From the IMG/VR virus record IMGVR_UViG_3300023179_000030, positions 62,242 through 126,241 of that record: DNA of 64,000 nt; one strand, written 5' to 3'. A program made the translations under genes and the position numbers. Under the pieces are notes generated by a model. That model was not told the origin of the DNA. It worked only from the letters and a program-made list of their open reading frames with translations, and ran no database searches. Shown one piece after another: positions 48,467-56,030 of this stretch; positions within the stretch are counted from its first letter, which is position 1, and every line of letters starts with the position of its first letter. This DNA comes from a virus.

Positions 48467-48910
48467 TTATTTTGCAACAGTGGCATTCCAGTCGTTACGT
48501 TTATCTGGATCTGCCATTTCTTGCTCAAAAGCTTCTGCAATTACATTTCTACAAATAGAATTAAACCATTGATCCACTATATCAAAATCGGTTTTACCTT
48601 TGTACCCCGCCTTTACCAATCGTGCCACAAAAATCTCATTAAAGTCCAAGTTAAAGCTGCCATTGCCCAAATTGTTGGGGTCTAATTCAATTGCCAATAC
48701 TCCAACCCAGGGTTCTCCTTTTCTGGTTGCCTCGTCCTTTTCGCTGAGAGCTAAGTTCGTTGGGTTAGATTTGGGTTTACGTTGACGACGTGCTTTTGTA
48801 ATGGTGGGTGTTTGATCTGGTTTAGTAAGATCCTGTTCCTTTAAGGAAGGGTTAGGGGGCAGGTTTGGTGTGTCTGAAACACCTAAAATACGTTTAAAAA
48901 AGTTATTCAT
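48467..48910 (-). CDS. Hypothetical protein
   Basis: ATRKGEPWV...LDFN...VDQWF. Confidence 0.6.
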   Translation of the reverse strand: MNNFFKRILGVSDTPNLPPNPSLKEQDLTKPDQTPTITKARRQRKPKSNPTNLALSEKDEATRKGEPWVGVLAIELDPNNLGNGSFNLDFNEIFVARLVKAGYKGKTDFDIVDQWFNSICRNVIAEAFEQEMADPDKRNDWNATVAK

Positions 48911-48927
48911 TACATATTCTTTCTAAA

Positions 48928-49824
48928 TTATGTTCCCCAGGCGTTTTTCCAAAGGTCGACGTGCAGTCTAGCGCTATACCGTAGCCCATGTTCTAGGGCA
49001 AGTTCTGCTACATGTTTGGCATTCATAAAATAAGTATCACTGGTCCCACCCACAGGCATCAAGTATACTGGCCCTTGAAATCCGGCTTGACGATATTCGT
49101 CAATGGCCTTTAAAGCTTCATTGGCGTCAGATTCTGTAGCTACCACAAATTTAAGATAAGTGTGGCCCACGAATTCATAAGATTTAACTATCTCAGGGCA
49201 AATAGCATCCGACCATTTTTCACCGCTGACGCTTAATTTTGGACTCACTGAAAAGGCCAAAGCATCTCGACCACGTGCAGACCCACGGTTGCTGTACTTT
49301 GAATTTAAAGTCCAATTAAGCAAGTATTGTTGAAAATCTGCGGATAACGGTTGTGTGCCATTGGTTTCAAATGTTAATTCTTTGAGCCAGGACATGTCTT
49401 CGTTGGACAGTAGGTCAGGATATGCTCGTTGCCAACCCAACAGTGGCTCACCACCAGTGATTACCAAATGCTCATCTTCCCAGCGTCGATGAGGCAAAAG
49501 ATTGATTATGTTAGTGGTTAGTTCATCTGTGGTTTCTTTGATTACAAATCGTTTAAACTCAGGGTAAACTGAACTATAGCTATCACAACCTGTGGCCACC
49601 AAAGGTAAATCTTTAAATGTTTTGTATTGGTCTAAATTCTTAATGATAACTGCTACTTCAGGGTTGTGAACTTCTTGATCACTGAGAATATCCTGTTCTA
49701 GACGACCAAAATTTTTGCATCGAAAATTGCATCCAAACATACGTAGGAATATTGAAGGGACACCCATAAAACGCCCTTCGCCCTGAGTGCTGTAAAACAG
49801 CTCTGTATAATTGACATTAGCCAT
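48928..49824 (-). CDS. queE: 7-carboxy-7-deazaguanine synthase (radical SAM)
   Basis: ELFYSTQGEG, LRMFGCNFRC...GCDS, ITGGEP, ETNG, SPKL and RLH motifs. Confidence 0.9.
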   Translation of the reverse strand: MANVNYTELFYSTQGEGRFMGVPSIFLRMFGCNFRCKNFGRLEQDILSDQEVHNPEVAVIIKNLDQYKTFKDLPLVATGCDSYSSVYPEFKRFVIKETTDELTTNIINLLPHRRWEDEHLVITGGEPLLGWQRAYPDLLSNEDMSWLKELTFETNGTQPLSADFQQYLLNWTLNSKYSNRGSARGRDALAFSVSPKLSVSGEKWSDAICPEIVKSYEFVGHTYLKFVVATESDANEALKAIDEYRQAGFQGPVYLMPVGGTSDTYFMNAKHVAELALEHGLRYSARLHVDLWKNAWGT

Positions 49825-49853
49825 GATTCTAAAATCCTAATTGATTGTTGTTG

Positions 49854-50126
49854 TTACCAATGGTGAATAACTCCTGCGATGATAAACAGGTTTGTAACTA
49901 TGTATACTAACACAATCGTGCTTCGAATACAAGCTATTTGGTTTGCTTCCAGATTATCTTTGCCAGATTTCTCGCCCAAAGCCAGTGCCCATAAACGCCA
50001 CAGTTTAGACATAGATGAATTCTTTTTAATATTGATGGGTATATCTGTAATTATCACTGGTGCTGTATATCCATCCCAAAGTGGAATAGATAACAAAATT
50101 GTTTCCTGACTAACTGTTTTTTCCAT
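49854..50126 (-). CDS. Small membrane protein (start uncertain)
   Basis: LWRLWALALGEK...TNLFIIAGVIHHW. Confidence 0.5.
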   Translation of the reverse strand: MEKTVSQETILLSIPLWDGYTAPVIITDIPINIKKNSSMSKLWRLWALALGEKSGKDNLEANQIACIRSTIVLVYIVTNLFIIAGVIHHW

Positions 50127-50307
50127 CTCTTATTTGTTCTTGAGATGTTTTTAATTCACTGTGACATTTGCAAAATATTTTAATACTCATTAGATATCGA
50201 AGATATTTATAAAAATCAATGACATTGATATAGGCATTAATTATTAAAATTACAGGTATTAGCCACACCCAGTGGAGACCAAAATTTGGATACATAATAA
50301 AACTCAA
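50110..50307 (-). CDS. Small hydrophobic hypothetical protein
   Basis: Fills the gap on the coding strand. Confidence 0.35.
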   Translation of the reverse strand: MSFIMYPNFGLHWVWLIPVILIINAYINVIDFYKYLRYLMSIKIFCKCHSELKTSQEQIRDGKNS

Positions 50308-50319
50308 TTATTTAAAAAG

Positions 50320-50823
50320 TTAATCAAAAAGCGACTCGTTCCAGCATCTATGGCCTTCTCTGAAAGCCATATTATTTTGAGTTTCGCGCACTTCGACCCT
50401 ATAGCACCATAGACGTTCTGCTTCACTCTGTCCCCACATGTCAGGAATATAAACACCATTGACATACTTATACAGCATGTCGGCAAGACTTTCGCAACCT
50501 AAATTGGGAAGAATAGTTAATTTCAAGATTCCACGGCGTTCTGCTTCTTTATACCAGTCTAAATGTGGGTCCGACTCAGCTACCAATGTTGTATGATCAA
50601 ATTGACTTTCAAGTGTTTGTTTTAACTCACTCAACCCACCGTAATCTGCGGCCCACCTACGTGCATCTAAGTCGTCTGTTCCAAAATAAAATTTCATACT
50701 AAATGCATATCCGTGTAGAAATTTACAATGACTGTTGGCTTTGTATTGCCTATAAGCGCAAGGAAAAGCGTCGTGATATTCCTTGGTGGAAGTCCATTTG
50801 TATGTTACAGGTTGTAATGCCAT
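50320..50823 (-). CDS. queD: 6-carboxytetrahydropterin synthase
   Basis: HCKFLHGY, FDH, GCESLA and VRET motifs. Confidence 0.85.
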   Translation of the reverse strand: MALQPVTYKWTSTKEYHDAFPCAYRQYKANSHCKFLHGYAFSMKFYFGTDDLDARRWAADYGGLSELKQTLESQFDHTTLVAESDPHLDWYKEAERRGILKLTILPNLGCESLADMLYKYVNGVYIPDMWGQSEAERLWCYRVEVRETQNNMAFREGHRCWNESLFD

Positions 50824-50828
50824 ATTTT

Positions 50829-50887
50829 TCTCCTATGATTAGCATAGGCGGCGGAGTTTATTAAGCGGGACGGCGCCAAGACCGCTG
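50829..50887 (-). ncRNA. preQ1-I-like riboswitch candidate with SD-sequestering hairpin
   Basis: AGCGG-[TCTTGGCGCCGTC]-CCGCT-TAATAAACT-CCGCC pseudoknot, then CCTATG-CTAAT-CATAGG overlapping the AGGAG of queD. Confidence 0.6.
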
Positions 50888-50893
50888 TATTAT

Positions 50894-51220
50894 TTATGAT
50901 TCTTCTAAGATACTATTGATTTCTTTGACATAGCTGCCAGTTATTTTATGCCCAGCAATAAAAACAAATAGCAAAGCTTCGTCATCGTTGGGGAAGAATA
51001 TTCTAGCTGAACCTGGACGTCCAGGTCTTTGAGCCGCATTGTGGTGAACTGGTTTACATCCTGGAAAATGTATCGCGTTAAAAACCAGTTTATCTCGATT
51101 TGTTCCTTCAAAATCTATTGCACCACGCGACCTCAAATAGTCGTCGATTTCTCGATCATATTCACAAACATCAACAACCGAAGTACCCACCAAAGAATTA
51201 TTAGTTTTTAATCTAGCCAC
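50894..51220 (-). CDS. Hypothetical protein
   Basis: Co-oriented and overlapping its neighbour. Confidence 0.5.
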   Translation of the reverse strand: MARLKTNNSLVGTSVVDVCEYDREIDDYLRSRGAIDFEGTNRDKLVFNAIHFPGCKPVHHNAAQRPGRPGSARIFFPNDDEALLFVFIAGHKITGSYVKEINSILEES

Positions 51221-51494
51221 GCAACATCTCCATGTTTATAATATTGCCAATATTTTGAGCGATGTCGTCGTCATCATGTAATACATAGACGTTTTCTTTG
51301 GATTCGTCACGATTTCGGTCATAACGTCTAATAGATAATACTACTCCGCCCTGAGCCACTGTAACAGAAAAATTAAATGATTCCCGAATCTCTGGGCCTT
51401 TTGAAAGAGTTGTTATTTTGCCAGGTCTAGTTGAATTTAGAATTGGGCCATCATTAAATAACCAATCCCTAAGCCAGTTTTTAAATCGTTTCAT
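51213..51494 (-). CDS. Hypothetical protein
   Basis: Directly after folE. Confidence 0.6.
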   Translation of the reverse strand: MKRFKNWLRDWLFNDGPILNSTRPGKITTLSKGPEIRESFNFSVTVAQGGVVLSIRRYDRNRDESKENVYVLHDDDDIAQNIGNIINMEMLRG

Positions 51495-51496
51495 AA

Positions 51497-52192
51497 TTAG
51501 TTACCACTGTGGCCTTTCATAGTACTAAGCAGGGTATAAAACTCCGCCTTCAATGGTGGATGTGTATCAAATGCTCCCAACATAATAGCAGTAGACATAT
51601 CACTATTGTGTTCCCTAACCCCGCGCTGTGACATGCAGTGATGCTCTGCCTTTAAAACCACTGCAATGTTGTCGGTTTTGGCATACTTCCTCAGAGCTTC
51701 TGCAATTTGTGTAGTCATTTCCTCTTGAATCTGAGGACGCTCACATATATGATGCACAATGCGATTAAACTTGCTGAGACCAATAACTTCATCTTCTGGT
51801 ACTATGCCAACCCAGCAGTTACCCACAATGTTTTGAAAGTGGTGAGCACAAGTGGATCTTATGCTAATGGGTCCAGTGGTATATAAGCTTTTATAACCCA
51901 AGTTAGGAAAAGCTGTTACTTTGGGAACTGGTCTATATCGACCTGCAAATGTTTCTTTGATATACATTTTAGCCACCCGCCTGGCAGTGTCATTGGTATT
52001 GTGATCGTTGGCTGTGTCAATAATTAAACTAGTTAATACCCCCTGAAATTGCTCGGCAACTTCATCAACTAACAGATCTATTTCACCATCATTGATAAAG
52101 TCTGCAATGTTGTCATTGCTGTTAAACCTAGCACCAGCTAGTTGTATTCGTTCACGTATCACTTGTGACAGTGGTTTGCTGTTGTCTTTCAT
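51497..52192 (-). CDS. folE: GTP cyclohydrolase I
   Basis: TARRVAKMY, STCAHHF, GLSKFNR, PQIQE and HHCMSQRG motifs. Confidence 0.95.
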   Translation of the reverse strand: MKDNSKPLSQVIRERIQLAGARFNSNDNIADFINDGEIDLLVDEVAEQFQGVLTSLIIDTANDHNTNDTARRVAKMYIKETFAGRYRPVPKVTAFPNLGYKSLYTTGPISIRSTCAHHFQNIVGNCWVGIVPEDEVIGLSKFNRIVHHICERPQIQEEMTTQIAEALRKYAKTDNIAVVLKAEHHCMSQRGVREHNSDMSTAIMLGAFDTHPPLKAEFYTLLSTMKGHSGN

Positions 52193-52240
52193 GTTTTTCC
52201 TAATTGATAATATGTATTTAGAACGTTAATTATAGCAAAA

Positions 52241-52450
52241 TTATTTTGTAAATTTAAGAGCTTTGAGCACCAAGTATTCTGAAAACAGTTGAGCTAATTC
52301 TGAGTCATCACCATTTAGAATATAGTCACTGGCGGCATAATTTCTAAGATCAAGCAAATTAACATCATTGAGACTGGGGTATTTGGGCCCAACTATGTCT
52401 TTCCAAAGTTGAAGTCTTTCCAAATATTCCACATCTTTATCATTGGTCAC
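52241..52450 (-). CDS. Hypothetical protein
   Basis: Overlaps the glycosyltransferase stop. Confidence 0.45.
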   Translation of the reverse strand: MTNDKDVEYLERLQLWKDIVGPKYPSLNDVNLLDLRNYAASDYILNGDDSELAQLFSEYLVLKALKFTK

Positions 52451-53535
52451 TGTTGTAGCCTTTTAATTAGTTCTTGGGCACTAAAGAAATACTCGCTTAA
52501 ATCCTCCGCTTGCTCACGGATTGTGGGAATTCTAGAAGTATAATTAACCATATGTTCTATAAGCTTACGGCATAGGTCAGGTCTATAAACAGTATAAGTA
52601 TCATAACTTTCAGTCCATACACTGGGATATTTAAATCCTTCATAATACATTTCACTGTATGAGAGTCGATCCGGAACCATGGGGATAGCATCTACTAACG
52701 CGCCTTCGTAACATCCTATTCCTAAAGTTTCCTGTAGACTTGCACTAAACACAATCTTTGCTTGACCTAGCAACGTATGATATTCGTGTTTAGATAAATT
52801 TTGATCCTGGCAAACAACGAATTCATATTGAGGTAATTGTTTAGCTAGATCACGGAAGATTTCAACTTGCTTTTCTGGCGCAATACGATGCGGAAACAAA
52901 ATAAGGTCACGCTTGGGAATAGTGCAATAGTTCGCCAATGTTTCTTTCATATACTCCATGGGCCAGCCTGTCTTGACAATATTATGCGCTCGATGATTAG
53001 CAGATCGCATTTCTTGTGGCCAACCTAACAAGTTTTTACCAAACATCTGAATATGAAAGTCTGTGGCAAAGTAGTTATAATCAAATGCATGATAGAAACT
53101 CTTTTCAGCATGCCGTACCCAAGGTTTAGCGCCGACTAATCGACCTAGGAAATCTTGAGGATCATAGCTGCCGGCATGCCATAACCCGTGCAATGTCCAG
53201 TTGAATCCCAGCAAATCCTTCATATATTTGAGTTGAATAATGGTGGGATTCCAAGCGTCTGTAAAAAGTATGTGATCGTCGGTAGAAGTCTCGCCTCTAT
53301 TGTGATGTTCTAAAAAATTACATAACTGCGAACTTTTCCAATAGTTAGTATCCGAAAAGTTTAGGAACGCACCAGGAGTAAGTTGCGAGTCCTTTTGGAC
53401 TCCATCAATCTGTACTACATTAAACTTTACCCCTACATTCTTATTAAGAAGTTTTGGAATGTGTTCATGCCATTGTGCTGTATATCTGGTCTCAATCGGC
53501 TCAAGGCTAAAGATCCAAATTGTGGGTTTATTCAT
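52447..53535 (-). CDS. GT-B (GT4-like) glycosyltransferase
   Basis: FPHRIAPEK, QETLGIGCYEG (E-x7-E) and VPDRLSYSEMY motifs. Confidence 0.8.
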   Translation of the reverse strand: MNKPTIWIFSLEPIETRYTAQWHEHIPKLLNKNVGVKFNVVQIDGVQKDSQLTPGAFLNFSDTNYWKSSQLCNFLEHHNRGETSTDDHILFTDAWNPTIIQLKYMKDLLGFNWTLHGLWHAGSYDPQDFLGRLVGAKPWVRHAEKSFYHAFDYNYFATDFHIQMFGKNLLGWPQEMRSANHRAHNIVKTGWPMEYMKETLANYCTIPKRDLILFPHRIAPEKQVEIFRDLAKQLPQYEFVVCQDQNLSKHEYHTLLGQAKIVFSASLQETLGIGCYEGALVDAIPMVPDRLSYSEMYYEGFKYPSVWTESYDTYTVYRPDLCRKLIEHMVNYTSRIPTIREQAEDLSEYFFSAQELIKRLQQ

Positions 53536-53590
53536 ATGTGTGATTTGATGATTAAACTCTTAGTGGTTAAATGAAAAAGCCATAACTAAA

Positions 53591-53794
53591 TCATTGTGCT
53601 TCAGTCTCTGCTCGGCGGCTCATCCAATTTTTGTATTTTTCAAATTTGCGATATTGCTCACTGCGATACAAATCCTTTACGTCAAATTTCAACATGTAAA
53701 GGGCGCAATAATCTCTGTAATCTTCGAGATCTTGAAAGATACGCTCAACTTCTGGTTTCATACGCAAATACTTTTTAGTCCACTCTTGTGCCAT
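53591..53794 (-). CDS. Hypothetical protein
   Basis: TAAGGAG SD. Confidence 0.6.
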   Translation of the reverse strand: MAQEWTKKYLRMKPEVERIFQDLEDYRDYCALYMLKFDVKDLYRSEQYRKFEKYKNWMSRRAETEAQ

Positions 53795-53822
53795 GATAAC
53801 TCCTTAATAAGACACGGTTGAT

Positions 53823-54251
53823 TTAAACTGCAATAGAACGAGCGTGGCGATATCGATTATACTCAATTAAACACCCGCACTCACCATCTTCACTGACATT
53901 GATTTTCATTGAACGATCTGGATATTTGGCAGCTAGTGCCAAATATAAACCATCTGCCATCATTTCTACACTTTTGTAGTCAATTTCCAATTGTCGATCC
54001 TGATATAGGGATTCGCAATAGTTTAGTACCTGATGAAACTCCAACTCACGGTCATTATGAAATATTTCAATATGTACTGAAAATTTAAATAAATGCCTAT
54101 GACGCTCACCTAAATAGGATACATCAGCTAATTTTGGATCAGTGGCTGCTGCTGGATACTTGTGAAACCCGGGCCTTTGGAAAGTGACCCAAATGTATCT
54201 AGGTGCTGCTGCCATAATACGTTGAATTTTATCTCGTTGTTCTTGATTCAT
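53823..54251 (-). CDS. Second QueD-like T-fold protein (DpdL-like?)
   Basis: GFHKYP...HRHLF...DRELEF...SVEMMA...VSEDGE. Start MNQEQ at 54251. Confidence 0.6.
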   Translation of the reverse strand: MNQEQRDKIQRIMAAAPRYIWVTFQRPGFHKYPAAATDPKLADVSYLGERHRHLFKFSVHIEIFHNDRELEFHQVLNYCESLYQDRQLEIDYKSVEMMADGLYLALAAKYPDRSMKINVSEDGECGCLIEYNRYRHARSIAV

Positions 54252-54261
54252 TGTTGTTAAT

Positions 54262-55153
54262 TTACCAGTAAATAAAACCTCTACTATAGTTTGGAGGACG
54301 ACTTCTACCATCCAGAAAAGCTTGTTGCCATTCTGTGTTTCTATTGTACGCTTTAGACCAAAAGCTGTCAACTTGCATTTGTCCGTTTTTTACCCAATAT
54401 GCAGCATCATTCATTGCCAAGAAAAACTTATCAGTGCGTGGGCTAGGAAAAACCATGGTGCAAGCTTTCCAAAGCAAATTGGCAAAATCGGTTTTAACTT
54501 GCTTCTGAGAACCAAATATAACCAAACCCTCTGTTTGCATAATATCCTGTTCAAAAACATCTAACCTGCTGCTGAGATCCAAGACCACGTCAAATTTGCC
54601 GCTATGGCTCTGAACCAAAATGTCACCCCAAAGATTTTTATTGCTATTTCCCAACACTGTTATTTCAAACTCCAACTTGTTGAGTAATACTGTATGATAT
54701 GCTACCCAAGCAAGAAATCCACTGCCCAAGATAAGCATTCGTCGACCTGGTCCAGATCTCTTGATATATTCACCAATAGACTGATGTACAAGGTTTATAC
54801 CACAGGCCACAGGCTCCAATATATATCTAGGATGAGCTTCAGGGACTATCACATATTCTCGATGTTTTACAACATAGCGATCTGCGTAGGCTGGTTCTCC
54901 CCTAGTAGCAACTAAGTTACCGACCTCGACATCTTTGACTGCTGAACCCAGACTCAACACCTTACCCAAACCCTCATGACCTTGCATATGCAAAGGCAAT
55001 GGGCCAAACATACCACACATCATGTCAATGTCACTGCGGCAAACCCCAGTCATTACACTTTGAACCAAAATTTCATCTGCGCCCAGCTTTGGTATTTCAA
55101 ATGTGGTTTCCACAAATTTACCACCACCCTGAGTCATCAAAATTCTATTTACA
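54262..55153 (-). CDS. Zn-dependent medium-chain (polyol/sugar) dehydrogenase
   Basis: GVCRSD, GHEGLG, EPVAC and ILGSGF Rossmann motif. Start approximate. Confidence 0.8.
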
Positions 55154-56030
55154 TTCGTTCCAGCTGCTGATGTATCCATATATCTTGATCAAATTGATTT
55201 TTCCAAAAATCAGCATTGTTCTGCTGATCGATAGCTGTCTGTATCATTTTATTATACGCGGATTCCGGGCATAACCCCAGCTCAAATCTAATTGCACTGT
55301 TGCCCAGATCAAAGCTAATACTAGCGTCATCTTGTCTATTATTTTTCCAGTTTGCTTCCAATATCCAACGAGTTTTTCCAACAACAAAGGATAAGTTTGC
55401 ATAATCATCTACATTATATACTCCATTATGGTCGATGACTCCGTAGTCTGTGCTAGTTATATCAGGCAAAGTAAAATTTTGCATTACTACACTGGTAGTT
55501 TGAAGACTCGTGTAATCAGTGAATGCAGTGACATAACTCAACAAGTGAGGCATTAGATCGCGGCTAACACCTCCAAACGACAGATATTTATTAGTAAACC
55601 AGCTGCCGGGATTGGGTATTCTGTTTTTATTATTCCAACGTAAATATACATTATTAGATTGCTGGGCTAGATCTTTAAATTTTTCTATTTCAGTTCGGTA
55701 TTGATTATTTTTAACCATCATAAACCGAGTTTTTGGGAAATCATCATGTAATGCTTGCCAGTGAGTGGCAGTTCTTACACCGGGTTTTTCCACAAAGATA
55801 ATATCAGTTTGAGCTGCCAGAGACCTAGCAATTGATTCATGTGTATAGTTTGGTGTGCAAATATTAACAGTTCCAAAATGCTGGTGCTCTGCCAGTGCAT
55901 CATTGATATGCTTAAAATCAGCTGGGCGAACGGGATCAACGGTGATTACTTGACGACCCTGATCTTCCAGCACAGACTTGTAGACTGCTTGACCAAATCC
56001 CATACCTACTATTAGACTTTTATTATTCAT
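55149..56030 (-). CDS. Gfo/Idh/MocA-family NAD(P) oxidoreductase
   Basis: IVGMGFG, ICTPNYTH, FVEKP and GGVSRDLMPH motifs. Confidence 0.85.
   Translation of the reverse strand: MNNKSLIVGMGFGQAVYKSVLEDQGRQVITVDPVRPADFKHINDALAEHQHFGTVNICTPNYTHESIARSLAAQTDIIFVEKPGVRTATHWQALHDDFPKTRFMMVKNNQYRTEIEKFKDLAQQSNNVYLRWNNKNRIPNPGSWFTNKYLSFGGVSRDLMPHLLSYVTAFTDYTSLQTTSVVMQNFTLPDITSTDYGVIDHNGVYNVDDYANLSFVVGKTRWILEANWKNNRQDDASISFDLGNSAIRFELGLCPESAYNKMIQTAIDQQNNADFWKNQFDQDIWIHQQLERM

Noticed and set aside
51497-52192. folE + queD + DHFR as a folate or biopterin pathway
   Set aside because: No folB, folK or folP is seen. QueE and the TGT-fold gene point to deazaguanine synthesis.
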